Shown here: piece by piece, positions 13,234-26,510 of the stretch | Layout of the letters: each line of letters begins with the position of its first letter | Numbering within the stretch: position 1 is the first letter of the stretch | NCBI RefSeq assembly: GCF_037042905.1 | Contig: NC_087258.1 | Span: 23,064,001 to 23,128,000, forward strand | Length of the DNA: 64,000 nucleotides | Reading direction: 5' to 3' | From: Lytechinus pictus | Taxonomy: Eukaryota | Made by a program: the position numbers and the translations under genes | The notes under the pieces: model-generated | The model's database searches: none | What the model was told of the DNA's origin: nothing | The model's input: the letters and a program-made list of their open reading frames with translations, nothing else

Positions 13234-13271
13234 AGAGTGTAGATGTACTCTGGACCACAAATATCACAAAA

Positions 13272-13514
13272 CACTGCAAAAATTCCGGTGTTGATTTAAC
13301 ACCAGCCCGGAATATATATATGTCCACACCAGAGAAGTGTTAAACAACACCGGTTTTGGTATTAGTCTAACACCAGATAGGTGTTTATACAACACCAATT
13401 AGTTTTAAAACAGCATCGGTTTGATTCCAAAATGGTGTTGTTTCAATACTTCTCTGGTGTGGACATATATAGATTCCGGGCTGGTGTTAAATCAACACCG
13501 GAGTTTTTGCAGTG
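13272..13514. mobile_element. CACTG-terminus MITE
   Basis: CACTGCAAAAATTCCGGTGTTGATTTAACACCAGCCCGGAAT ... ATTCCGGGCTGGTGTTAAATCAACACCGGAGTTTTTGCAGTG; near-perfect long TIR. Confidence 0.85.
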
Positions 13515-14864
13515 TAGCAGCTCCTTTTTGGGAGCTTATTTGCACCACACATGAAAAAAGTAAATGTATGCACCCTATTGCACCATGTACTGACTGAAAT
13601 TTTCTTACACTCTTAAGATCTGTTCGCATTCCCAGGGGTGAAAATTTTGACCCTTTTTAAAAGGTGCAACTCTACACCTTGTAGGGTGCAAAATGTACCT
13701 ACCTGCACAAAGGAAGGTGCAAAAAGCGCATAAGAAAAAAAAATGTGCTCCCAAAAGAGCTTCCAATGTGACATTTAAGGGTGCAGAATTGAACCTTAGT
13801 GTGTAGTCTGAAATCACTGAGATTCTCGTCATATCATTTTCAATCTAACTGTATGAAATAGAATAATAGTCTACATCCATAATGATAAAACACCTATGTA
13901 TTACTTTATAATAATTCCATTCAGGTAAGTTTTCAAGGTCTCATATTACACATTACCATTAGCATATACCCTGATGGCGTGTAAAAGCATGAAGCTCTTA
14001 AACGAGCTGGAGGCTATCATGTATCTTTTAAAGGGCAAACCAACCTCAAGCACTCTTCGATTCGCTTGCCAGAAGAGCAGGTGGTTTTCCCACCGATATG
14101 ATCCACGTGAGAGTGGTCCTATACGGCGAGATTTACACATATTCTTTTCAATTTGTCGACGCCTTCCTCATTCTTTTCAATTTCATGACAGAGATGAATT
14201 GGGCGAGTTACGTTCGTGCATTGTAGAGAGATTTTCCATTTTCTTTTGACATTTACGCTTAAGCGTAAAATTACGGCAACATCACATTCTATAAAAACAT
14301 TCAGTCTTATAAAGGGAATGGGTGATATCAAATCATATAGCAATGACTTGTTTTAAGTTGTCGTAAAAATTTGTCTAGCAATCAGTGGCGTAGAGATGGG
14401 GGGCTTGGGGCGCTTGCCCCCCCCCCCCCCCAAAAAAAAAAAAAAAATCACGACCAAGAAAAAAGGGAAGGAAAAGGAAAAAGAGAAGGGTGAAATGTGA
14501 CATTATTTTTTTAATATGTTAAAATCTATCACAAAACTCTAGCCCCTTTATTTGTTTTATGCTTATTACGCCACTACTACCAATTAAATGAAATGTTAAA
14601 AAAATGTCCTCCGTCATAGATATGCCCTGGTCAGCTGATACTTGGCGTTAACAGGGGCCCAAAACGTGAGAACTGATTACGTGCAAATATGACTTGGAAA
14701 TGAGATGCCTAAATGCTGAGAAGATTTGTAATTATTGATGATCTGACATCACCTCTCTCATCTTTACCGAGATAGCCTGCTCTTCATCTCTATCGCCTTA
14801 TTTCATATCTCGCATTTTCCTACTTCCTTTCACCTCTCTTATTCTTTAACGATCTCTTTTTAAA

Positions 14865-15395
14865 TTGTTTTTTATTGATACATTCTTTCTTTCATTTCTT
14901 TCCTTCTTTATTTCTTGTTCCGTCTTTTTTTCATTCTCTCTCTTTTTTTCATTTATATATTTCTATCTTNNNNNNNNNNNNNNNNNNNNNNNNNNNNNNN
15001 NNNNNNNNNNNNNNNNNNNNNNNNNNNNNNNNNNNNNNNNNNNNNNNNNNNNNNNNNNNNNNNNNNNNNNNNNNNNNNNNNNNNNNNNNNNNNNNNNNNN
15101 NNNNNNTTCTGTTTGCCTTCTTTCTGTTTGCCTTCTTTCTTTCTTTCTTTCCTTCTTTCTTTCTTTCTTTCATTCTTTATTTCTGTTTGCCTTCTTTCTG
15201 TTAGCCTTCTTTCTTTCTTTCTTTATTGCTTTCTTTTTTTATAATTTTTCTGTAGTTCTTTCTTTCTTCCTTCATTCCTCTTCCTTCCTTCCTCCCACCC
15301 ATATTTCCTAGCTTGCTTCCTTCTTTCTCTCTTCTTTCCCTCCTCCCTCCCTTATTCTTTTTTTCTTTCTTTCCCCTTCTCTCTCTCTCTCTCAT
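14865..15395. repeat. Pyrimidine-rich (TTTC/CT)n low-complexity tract spanning an assembly gap (N 14970-15106)
   Basis: Direct inspection. Confidence 0.9.
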
Positions 15396-16794
15396 TCCAG
15401 AGCGACCATCTCATGGGTCATCTATTGATGAGGATGAAGATGAAGAGGCGCGGCTCGTGTTCCCATGGGAACCTCTCATCCACCTCCCAATCTCCTTCAA
15501 GCATTGTGAACGTAAACACTCAGCGTTAACGAACAGCCCTTCTTTAAAAGCTCTCTGAGAACATTTTTTTCATTATGAATAAACATGGTCTTTAAAGGGG
15601 TTGGCGGTTAAAAGTAAATATCATGATGCATAATTTATAGTTCCCGCGCGCAACCGTGCTGAACGAGAGAAAGATCATATTTAGAGGCGAGTTTTTGTAT
15701 TACCATGGAGATGCAAAACCGCAGGCGATATGCATTTTGATTAAATTCATACTTCGTTTCCAAGACTCCTACACGATCGACAGCAGTACATAGATATCAG
15801 TATTATCATACAGGGTCTTCGTTAAAGATTTAGTGCAGGGGAAAATGCCCGAGAGCTAAACTTGCTTCTGGCACGCAGGTAGATGAATTCTGGTTTTACT
15901 TGTTAAACAATCAGATCATCAAACGCATTAATAATGCATTGATTTCGATAATCATCTAATTGCTTTGCATATCCAATATTAAATTGCTATCTTATGATCG
16001 TTTTGCCCGAGGTCGTTGTCCCTTAATGGGAGAGGGGTACAGGCAGTAAAATGAGTTATTATATTATTTTAACAGATAGAAATTTTATTTTACATAGAAC
16101 AAATAAACATCTACTATAAAGAAAAAATGAAAGGAAGAAGAATAATAATAAAAGAAGAAGAATAAAAGAAGAAGAAGAAGAACGACAACAACAAGAACAA
16201 GAAGAAGAAGGAGGAGGGGGGAGGAGGAGGAGAAGAAGGGGGAAAGGAGAAGAAGAATACAGGGTTCTGTCATAAACCTGTTCGTAAGTTACAAATCACT
16301 TCACGTATACGGCTCGTGAGCCCTTCTTGTGCCCAATGGAATACACCGAATCTATTAGCACTATGGGAGTGCATTTCATATTACCCATATCAAATCATAA
16401 CAAATAATTGATTATGCTTTCGCATGATGATTGTTCACAATTGCAGCTGATGGGAAACAAAGTGATTTAATACCCGTAGGTGTTTCGCAAAGATTTAAGT
16501 TTGACTTTACGCATGGAGGTGCTTGTATTGACAATAGTTCGCTCTCAGAAAAAAGGTTCTTTAAAGGTTCTATGATTGTTCCGTATTTTGAACCTTTAAT
16601 AAAGGTTCTCTAAAGGGTTCTAAATTACCTTAAGCAGCCACTTAGAAATCCTTTTAGATCCTTGATAAATTCACTTAAGGTTCTTGAGCACGTAAAGAAT
16701 CATTTTGGGAACCTTCCTTTTTTCTCGAGGGTTTCAATTTTGTCTAGGAGTGTTGGGAGGATTACGGATGTGTTCTGTAAAAGTAGAAACTAAC

Positions 16795-17056
16795 CTGATA
16801 GCAAAGACACTACAGCGGCAATGACGAAGGAGAGGACGATGGCTGGCCCGGCTACCTCACGAGCGATCTGTCCAGCCAAAACGTAGATACCAGCTCCAAG
16901 GGTGCTTCCGACCCCGATGGCTGTCAGATCCCACATACTCAGACATCTCTTCAGTTCGCTCTGACCGATGTCTTCAGTATCCAGCTTCTTGGTCCGGCTG
17001 AGACGCTGGAAGCCACCGAGGAAGAACTCCTTCACCCTGGCGGCGTCCATGTCCAT
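16795..17056 (-). CDS. First coding exon of a cationic amino-acid transporter (SLC7A1-4/CAT family, APC superfamily)
   Basis: Translation contains [54 protein letters not shown], the CAT TM1-TM2 signature (GxGSTLGAGxYVLAG, AGP). Ends at a phase-1 donor CAG|GTTAG (intron starts 16794). Upstream acceptor with long polypyrimidine tract TTTTTTCCAG| at 17200, so the exon is 16795-17199. Downstream exons were not recognised in the window. Confidence 0.9.
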
Positions 17057-17744
17057 CCTCTCGGGTGGGATCCAGAAGTGCCTCTGGATGACGTCGCAGA
17101 AGACCTCTCAACCTGAGATCCGGTGACGTTTGACGTGTGTTTTTACTGTGTTTCAGGGATACTGTACGAGATCTGGATAGGCTAATAGTACTGACTTTCC
17201 TGGAAAAAAAAGAGAAAAAAAAAGAGTTAGACAAACCATCATGTGACTTTATTGCAATTTATTTTGCCAATTTTGTAGATTGGATGAAGTGGGCCTATAT
17301 TGCAATGAAAATGAAAACTATATGATAAAATGCAATTTTGACATTTGATTTTATGTTCTAATCTTCCATTGACACGGGACGTCTTTCTTTGTTTTGTTTT
17401 TTGTAAATCAACCATTGAGGAGAGAAGTAAAAAGATTGCAGTATCGTACAAAATATGGACAGTACTTTCGAAATATCTGGAAATTTTCAGATGTTGACCC
17501 CACTTCTTTGAAGGTGAAGAAGAGGATGGTCGATCTAGGGGGGGGGTACTAGAGAGCATCATTATACCTGTATAGGTATGTCAGGTATAGCAGAATCACC
17601 GTTCTAAATGACCCAAATGGCGCCGCAAAGCTCATACATTATGTATCTATATCATGATACGCGGAAAAGCCGCTGGTCGACCGCAGGGACAACCCGTTTT
17701 CACCGTCTTCGAATCCTCGATTCATGAACTCTTTAATTTGCATA

Positions 17745-18200
17745 ATGATGATGATGGTGGTGGTGAAGGTGTTGATGGTGATGATGATGATGATGAGGAT
17801 GGCGATGATGGCGGTGATGGTGGTGGTGATGGTGGTGGTATCGGTGATTATAGTGGGGATGATAATGATGATGAGGATGATGATGATGACAATAATGATG
17901 TGGTGATGACGATGATATCAATACAAATGATGATGGTGGTGGTGGTGGTGATGATGATGATGATGACAATGATGTGGTGATGAGGATGATATCAATACAA
18001 ATGATGATGATGACGACGACGATGATGATAATGGTAATGATCAAAATGATGATCGTGATGATAGTGGTGTGGTGATGGTGGTGTTGACAATGATGATGAT
18101 TACGTTTGTGGTGATCATGAAGATGATGACGGCAACGACATTTATGAAAAATGATGATGCTTGGTGATGATGATAATAGTGATGAAGTTGATGGTGTTGG
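17745..18200. repeat. (GAT/GGT)n trinucleotide microsatellite
   Basis: Direct inspection; explains the poly-Asp/Met/His ORFs. Confidence 0.9.
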
Positions 18201-20205
18201 GTAATGATAGACCTGTGATTTAATCTGTTAAAATAGTATTATCAGAGGCCCCTAAACTTTATGAGTGACAGAAACAGAAGGAACAAGGGTGTCTTTCAAA
18301 TTAAAACATGTTTAGCAAAATATATTTTTTTAAATAAAACAATACAAATAAAATGCGTGGGTTCCCTCCGCTGTACCTTTTCATCCCACCGTTGACAACG
18401 TCTAAAGGCTCTTTTGATGTACAGCCATGACAGATGTGCTAATATGAAAAGTTTAAATGAATATACAAAAAAGCACATTAATATCACTGACTATAGTATT
18501 ACAGTCGTAGTTTACTCACCGAATATGTAATGCAGTAGCAGAAAGTACTTATTGTTTTATTAGCAGACGATTCGTTTGAAGTCAACCAAAGATGAGCAAA
18601 AATAGACACATACGCTTCCGCACTTAAAGGGAGTCATCAGCGATTATCGAGGATTCAGTATCTATATCCTTCTAAATACTTCGCATTTAGCAAAAGAAAA
18701 TAAAGAGCCTTCGAGTTCATGTTCAAATCACGGTCCCACATGGTCAAAAGCAGATCAATGATCGTATGCATTCACTCCATTTACTCAGAAGTCATCATTT
18801 ATTTGCCCAATCACCCTCCTTCCTGTGTAACAGCTGTTGGCTCCAGTGAAATGTCATCAATGCCGCGCTAAATGCACATTGGGATACAACATATGACTAG
18901 CATTTACGCTTGAAAACACTCAAAAGTAGATCAAGGATTTTACAGAAATAGGCTGCGAGACAACAGGAGGATGTTTTCCCCGCAAAATAACAACAAAAGC
19001 GGTCCGAAAAATAGACAAATGACTGCACAATATGGTATAATCACCCCACCGTAATACGCGTGCGCTTGGATTGGATACAGTGCATTAGGGTACACACACA
19101 CACACATTCGAGGCGCGGCGGCGTTGGAGGAAAAAGTGAGTTCACTCTGTCAGTGACAGCCTACATGGCATTCGCTAGCAGACGATATAGTATACTTTCC
19201 CGCTTGTTGTTGTCCGATTCTGGATTTTCAATGATAGCGATTTCATTCGATAGAGCGTTCGATTCCACCTGTGTGAGCTGCGCGCACACGAATCTCTGGT
19301 TTCAAAGGATATCTGTTGCGCATAAGCGGCGTTTATCATCACGCTAAAATAGCAGTATTATTGACACTTAATTACGGGTATATATTGCTAAATATGAAAT
19401 ACCATTGATGGTATTTTACGCGTTTTATGCTATCAGACACGGTTAAACAACTTACCGTATGGATTGACTGACGGGTGCAGCTTCAATAAGAATAGACAGG
19501 TTCTCCGTCGAGACGTGAAAAAGCCGATTCAAAGGTCAAACTTGGATCGAGTTCATCGAAAAGGCAACACGTTAATTCGAAGGGCCCCCATCCCCCCTCT
19601 CTCTCTCTCTCTCTCTCTCTCACATCAGAAGATCTGGCAAATCTAGTCAAATACAATCAGAAGCTAAAATTCCGCCCATCTCTTAATTTCCTTTCATTAC
19701 ACAAAGATGAAATGCATATAATTTTATTCTTTCCTGCACAGAAAAAAAATCTTGAAAGCGTTTTCATTAGACATTTAACTGAAAATTGACAGGTAATACT
19801 ATATTTGAATCCTTATATCGCTAACCATAAATTGGCGGCATTAAAGAAGGCCAACATATTTTATTCTTATTTAACGACGCAGTGCTTGCAAGGCTCATAA
19901 GGCAACATATTATGGTTAAGGGAAAACTTATATTGTGTTACGAGTTCGTTTTAATCAAACATAATTATTTTGTTATCCCATTGGATATATATGGCTATTA
20001 TTTACTAGAGTTACCTTTTAAATGTTTTTTTTTCACCTTCTATTCCCTCTCTTATCCGCCCCCCCCCCCCCCCCATTTTTGTCATTACTTGACAAGTCAT
20101 ATGGGGCGATTTTGTTCTATGATTTCAATCGTTTGACTCTACAATCGTTCCACTTCTAGCACAAAACAGAGACATTTATCAGGGTATTAAGGGATGAAAA
20201 AACTC

Positions 20206-20761
20206 GCTTACATTCGTAATTCCGAAGGTTCGTTATTCCGAACGTTCGTATTTCCGAAGGTTCGTAATTCCGACGGTTCGTTAGTCCGAAAACGAAATGA
20301 GGTTCGTAATTCCGAAGGTTCGGTTGTCCGAAAGCGAAGTGAGGTTCGTAACTCCGAAGGTTCGTTAATCCGAAAACGAAATGAGGTTCGTAATTCCGAA
20401 GGTTCGTTAGTCCGAAAACGAAATAATTAACGAACCTTATTTCGTTTTCGGACTATCGAACCTTCGGAACAACGAACCTTATTTCGTTTTTCGATTAACG
20501 AACCTTCGGAACAACGAACCTTATTTCGTTTTCGGATTAACGAACCTTCGGAACATCGAACCTTATTTCGTTTTCGGGTTATCGAACCTTCGGAATAACG
20601 AACCTTCGGAATAACGCCACAAATGTTCGGATTAACGAACCCTTTTACGTTTTCGGATTAACGAACATCGAGGTATAGGCAATTTACGTGTTTCGGAATT
20701 ACGAACCTTCGGAATAAAGAACCTTCGGAATAACGAACCTTCGGAATTACGAAGTGTAACC
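20206..20761. mobile_element. Foldback-type element built from 16/32-bp tandem repeats (GTTCGTAATTCCGAAG) in inverted arms
   Basis: Left arm GCTTACATTCGTAATTCCGAAGG..., right arm ...CCTTCGGAATTACGAAGTGTAACC; arms meet at ~20425. Same family as 28770-29725 and 30393-37159. Confidence 0.85.
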
Positions 20762-20947
20762 CAAAAACAGTTTTCACCCCCCAAAAAAAATCATGATTTA
20801 ACTTTGTTTTGCTCTTTTCTGAATAGTTAATCATCATGCATCATACAAAAAAGTGTTCGATACCAAATCTTATTGGGATAATTGGGTGAATGAACAAGAG
20901 ATAGTTATGAAGATACCGCAAGCGTTGATTTCCGCCGTAGTAATACA

Positions 20948-23063
20948 CAGGGGCGTCGATGCATTTTTCAGATGGGGGGGGGGGGGGGCGCAAAATCATG
21001 AGTCATAAAAACATTACAAAGGCGCTCGATCGCACAAAACAAACATGAAGAGAAAACATAATTTTTATTCAACAATCAAAAGATGCGAGCGTGAAACGCA
21101 AGCAGAAAATTTGTGTCATTCCGACCTAAAATGATGGATAATTGGGTATCTTCCTACATTAATAATGCGACTTGGATTCTGGGCATTTCTAAATACATTT
21201 CTATTAATATAAAAGTCAATAATGCGAACGCGATTCGCGAGCTGAAAAAATTGTATTTCGATATGAAGAAGGGTCAATTTATGCACTTTTTTCAAGCACT
21301 GTTTAGGGAAATTTTGAAGTGGATATGGACCGCAATGAGTAAATCGTGAGTGCGCGAGGCGCTAGATGATATATTATTAGTGATATTTTGATTTAGGACC
21401 GGGATATTTTAAAGATATAATGTCATCATATATGGACATGATGACTATCTTCCTATTCCTATTCCGAAGCTCGAGATGAAACTTGTCGACTCCAATCTGA
21501 AAAAAAAGGACAATTTGATTATTAGAAATTCTTGGATATATTATTATTATCTTATTAATTATAAGCCTAATGAGAGCGCGAAATTTGTTGATATTAAGGC
21601 CTGAAAACTGGACATTTTAACTTGCCTGCTTGCTTGACTAGAGTCACATACAGGGGGCTGTCAACTTCGACTCGAGTCAAAAATCATTCACAATACACAC
21701 AGAGTGTAAAGTCTATTGTTCATGCACACACACACAATAGTGATGTGTGCTTGGCATTGTATTGTGTACCTTCAATGCTTTTCTTTACAATAAACCAATC
21801 AAAGGCTACTGTGAGCTGAATAGCCCATGCAAATCAACTTATAAGATTGCACCTTAAAATGAATGTGGCGCAGGAGTGATTCCGTCAGTGGCGGGCCGCG
21901 AAATTATTTTTCCCACCGCAGTTTATAAGCAGTTTACGAACTTTAGGTGCATGTTCTGTGCACTGACGCAACGATTCTGATACAGTGTAGATCAGAGTCT
22001 AGTCTATACTAGAGACTAGAGACTAGATCTAAACTAAACTATTTAGATCTTCGACTAGTTCTATATACGGACTAGACCTATTTAACCCCGGGTATTAAAC
22101 CAATGATACTAAACTCGTTGGTCTAACGTATAAGTAAACGTAAGTTCGGAATTAACCAGTTCCAATAACCATGGCATTAGTCGGCATTAATAGGCATTAG
22201 ACAGGTCAATATTTGAGATAATGTTAAAGCTCTAGCCTAGGCTATCCCTAGTCTAGCCTAGCATTTTGTCTTCTCATTAATGGCAATTTGATAAGTGTTT
22301 ACGAATTGGATCTAGATATAGATCTAAGCCTGAGGCTTATGTACATGATGTAAGGGTACCGATTATTTGAGGGTGCTGATCGATTCATATCATCCGTGGC
22401 AACGTTGATGTGAACGGCGGCCACAATTTAGTCCACGCGCATGCGTACGCTTATTCCGAAGACACAAGTCGTGAATATTCACATTTGCGTCTGGAACTGC
22501 GGTGGGAAAAATAATTTCGCTGGCGGCCCAAGAGTCAAGCACTTGCATAACTATGAATAGGATGCATGGGTTAATATATTTTTAACAAACGATGCGAGCG
22601 CAAATCTCGAATCGAAACTTTTGATCAACTGTCATGGAAAGGTTTTTTTTTTAATTATTAGAATTAATTTAGATATAATTTATACATAACTCACCTGGAT
22701 CCACCTATGGAAAAGGGGGTTTGCCATTTTCTTGTTTATACATTGGCAGAAAAGAATTCTATGCCTATATGATGACATACCTGCGCAAATAAAGGGCCTA
22801 CTGTAACAAAAGTTGCAATGATAGATGGAATATCATTTCCCGCGCGGAGAAATCATGATTTTGTACTGTTAGTACTATAAATGTAAAAACTAAATTTTAT
22901 ATTGTGTTTGGTTAATTTGCTGATTTCTGTGTAACATTACAAGTTTATTTTATTTTTGCGCTTACGGAATTATTGGAGGGGGGCAAAACGATATGCTTGC
23001 CACCCCAATATTTTCATTAGTGGGGCAATCGCCCCCTCCCCCACCCCCCAATCGACGCATCTG
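20948..23063. mobile_element. hAT-like non-autonomous element
   Basis: Termini CAGGGGCGTCGAT / ATCGACGCATCTG with perfect 8-bp TSD GTAATACA (20940-20947, 23064-23071). Confidence 0.85.
21898..22520. mobile_element. Mutator-like MITE nested in the hAT element
   Basis: Perfect 26-bp TIR GCGAAATTATTTTTCCCACCGCAGTT; 9-bp flanks TGGCGGGCC / TGGCGGCCC; interior rich in CTAG/TCTAGA. Confidence 0.8.
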
Positions 23064-23079
23064 GTAATACAATTGCATA

Positions 23080-23860
23080 CGGCGTGTCCCACAAAAAATG
23101 TTAATGGCAATTTAAATGAGTATAATGTAATAATTGCCAAATCATATTGTAAATAATTTCAGAATTACAAACTAGCATTTGTTTTATACAACTGGTATAA
23201 ATTCCATGCAATATGGTCCATTGAACACAGAGATATCAGCCTCCTTTCAGCACTCGTCAGAAAACCTCTCAGTCCGAGTTTCGGTATTATGTTGAATAAA
23301 GTGCGTAGTCGAATCATTTTTTCATTCACTCTTATTGTATTTCCTTTTTGAAAGTTTCTGCCCACAACTCGCGGGTCCATGCTTAAGTTTATAAACAAAT
23401 GAAGGTTCAAGAGTGTTGGCATATCTTTAATCAAACATGAAATTTATACTTTTTTAATAACTACAAGGAAGTGAATTAAAACATATTTTTAATATATAAT
23501 CTCATCTTGAAAAGTTGCATAATTTTTTTCTTCTAGTTTGTACATGTATTAAATTTTATTACATGTATTCGTGTCATAAGCAATTACATGTTAACTGATT
23601 CTTTTTTCTGTGCTAAATTATGGCCTATCTGATCTGCCCGTCAAGGCGGAGGCATGTCTGCAGTCTGAGGTTTCGTGGTAAGTGTGTAATGAAAAAATGC
23701 TCATATCTTTATGTTTATTGGACCATATTACATAAATTGTCCTCCAGTTTTAGAAAATGAATTGTTGTTTACAGGTTTAACGATATAAATGATATAATGT
23801 TGTGATTTTAATGTTATACCCATCTAAAGTGTCATTAACATTTTTTTGTGGGACACGCTG
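23080..23860. mobile_element. Tc1/mariner-like MITE
   Basis: TA|CGGCGTGTCCCACAAAAAATGTTAATG ... CATTAACATTTTTTTGTGGGACACGCTG|TA. Confidence 0.85.
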
Positions 23861-25186
23861 TACTACCAAACATGAATAATTTTTTTAAAATATATATAAA
23901 GAAGTATCCAGTCTGTACTCCTCTTTTTCTCTTGTGTGTTGACGCAAAATATTATGTGACACGATTTTTATAACAGTTACCGGATTGGGGCAAGGGTATT
24001 ATTACATAATTACAATTTCTGTACCCCATTTCCATTAACAATATCAAAATGTATCAAAAAGATATATCTTAATTTTCACCCTGACAAATAGTATATTGTA
24101 AAAGTAGCAGAAAATTTAAAATTTAATCAATCGACAAATCATTTCACACCCGTTCCTAAAAAAAAATCACGAATCGTTTAAAAAAATGAAATTTATGCAT
24201 TTTATATTACATAACATATGGGGCAGCTGCTCGTATATGACGTCACAAATCCAAAACTTTTAAAAATTCCAATAACTTTCTTAACCTTTAATGGATTTTC
24301 CTCAAACCTTCACCAATATTTTTATTATTTTCTGCTATTTTTACAACAATCTTTTCTTCGGTGTGAACTTTCCCTTTAAAATCCAACTTTGGATGAATTT
24401 TCATTTCAGCTTGTTCTGGTCAATGTTAATGGATATATGTGACTACCATTTATTCCTTAGTTTTATTGGAAGGACAAAAACATTGATTTCTAACAAGATA
24501 CCGTCATTTATTTATTTCATAAATAAATAAATAAATTATAAACAACACTTATAAAGCGCTTAATACGCATTATTTCTAAGCACTGGATACATAGACAACA
24601 ATAAATACAAGTACATGTCAGCGAAATAGAAAATAAAATCTAATATCAACTTAAGACTACCGAAAATTTAAGGAAAATGGATAGAGGATAAATCAACAAT
24701 TTACAATTTATTTTTTTATTCATTTCCACATTAATAAATTATAATACATGTTATAACAATCAATAATATCGCACGATGTGGGGGAGTTACTAGAAGCTAA
24801 ACTGCTTGTAAAGAGAGACTCATGAAGTAAGAAAATAAACAAATGCTCCTTGCAATGAAAATGGTACACATCAAATCATACAATTTATTATATAGCCAAA
24901 ACAATAACCGAAAAAAAAAGTTTTTTTAAACTAACAATTCAATAACACGAACAACACATGGGCACTTTTACCAGTATGGTCACTTTAATCCGTAAAAAAA
25001 GGATACATAAAAAATATGCAGTAATTATAATATAATTAATTGATTTTATTTCATAAGCATTACACAAAGTGGACGGCAATGTGTTATTATGCAAAAGTAT
25101 GCAATTCACGTAAACATTTAAAAATACACTTTCTCCATAATTAATTACGTGTTCTGCTTGCTTGATATAATTTTAGAATGTTCAAA

Positions 25187-25460
25187 ATAATAATAATAGC
25201 TGGATTTATATAGCGCTTTTTGCCTGAGGATACAAAGCGCTTGCTATCATTACCCCGGGTTTAGCTCGAGCTACCATCACCGACGCTCAGTGCATGCAAG
25301 GAATTAATCCTGCTGGGTACCCATTCACCTCACATGGGTCGAGTGCAGCACAGTGTGGATACATTTTTTGCTGAAGGAAAACACGCCATGGCTAGGATTC
25401 GAACCCACGACCCTCTGTTTGAAAGGCGAGAGTCAGAACCACTAGACCACGACGCACCAC
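25187..25460 (-). mobile_element. tRNA-derived SINE
   Basis: Minus strand: GTGGTCTAGTGG (A box) ... GGTTCGAATCC (B box), core TGTGCTGCACTCGACCC..GTGAATGGGTACC shared with 34964-35287, and a (TTA)n tail. Confidence 0.85.
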
Positions 25461-26510
25461 AAATAGAATGAAATATAATATGTATTTCTGCAAAGATACT
25501 GATCGCATAATAATTATCAATCATTCTTTCTACTGGTACATGATTGCACTTCCAGAGCAAATCTCCAGTCTATTTTAGAGTACTCAACGTTAAGAAGACC
25601 GCACAAAATTGTAAATTTATATTTAAAGACATAACTACACAACAAAAGTAAAGGTATGCACCTGGCAAAAATGAGTATTACATTGTGTAGCCGTCGTCAA
25701 ATGTGTATTACAATTATCATGATATCACAAACGCACGATATAAAATCTGAAGGACACAATTTCTCATAGAACATGTTGTGTGTCTCTCTCTCTCTTCTCA
25801 CTCTCTGGCATCAAGGTTGCTCTTTCACTCCGTTTTAATCTCCATATGATATTAGATAAATTTTTGTGGCAGACTAGCCAGTATCGTGAGAAAACAAAAG
25901 CTCATTTTAATGCACCGATGATCAAATTTAAGGACAGGTACAGTGTTTGAGAGGTATGGTCCAGATGTGTTTGAGGTGAATTATTTTTATCCTAATAATA
26001 TGATTGGTACATTTGGTTGTGTGCAAGCACGTGACCTGTCATTTATTTGACATAACGCGTAGATTACTATTGACCGATGATGATTGGTCATTAGTAAAGT
26101 ATAATGACCGGTCATTGTTTCGGGATGAAGATGATTAAACAAAATAACAATGATCTATATTGTATTACTATATAAAACTTTTAATACACATCATTTTGCT
26201 CTGGCATTAAAATAATTACTTACACTTTGATTTCGTTAAACGCCTTCGGCTTCGACTCGGGCGTATTAAAAATGTAACAACGGTCATTCGTGTATGTGAG
26301 TTTTACTAATGCCACTGATGATCATGATTTGTAATATTTGTATACTAATGCGTGCTGTTTTTATGTACAGTAATATATAAGGGGTAGCGAATTTTACGTT
26401 ATTTTTGTTAATTAACATGCATTCCTCTATTACCTTAAAGTGGTGAACAGTTTATATGTTTTACGTGAAACTATTATTAGCCATAATAATTCCATTTATA
26501 ATATGTATGT

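Noticed and set aside
13946-14343. Overlapping short ORFs in moderately GC-richer sequence, as a candidate SLC7 exon
   Set aside because: No frame resembles an APC transporter or any family I recognise.
15400-15558. Possible plus-strand exon after the pyrimidine tract (ERPSHGSSIDEDEDEEARL...)
   Set aside because: The acceptor-like context is supplied by a microsatellite; no recognisable homology or partner exons.
17654-18044. Asp/His/Met-rich ORFs (also 47082-47466 and 14865-15395)
   Set aside because: Translations of microsatellites and low-complexity DNA.
20194-20761. Regular 16/32-bp repeats resembling a CRISPR array or a repetitive protein (RNSEGS ORFs; also 28885-29226 and 36582-36992)
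   Set aside because: No unique spacers; the repeats form the inverted arms of a foldback transposon in eukaryotic DNA, and the ORFs are by-products.
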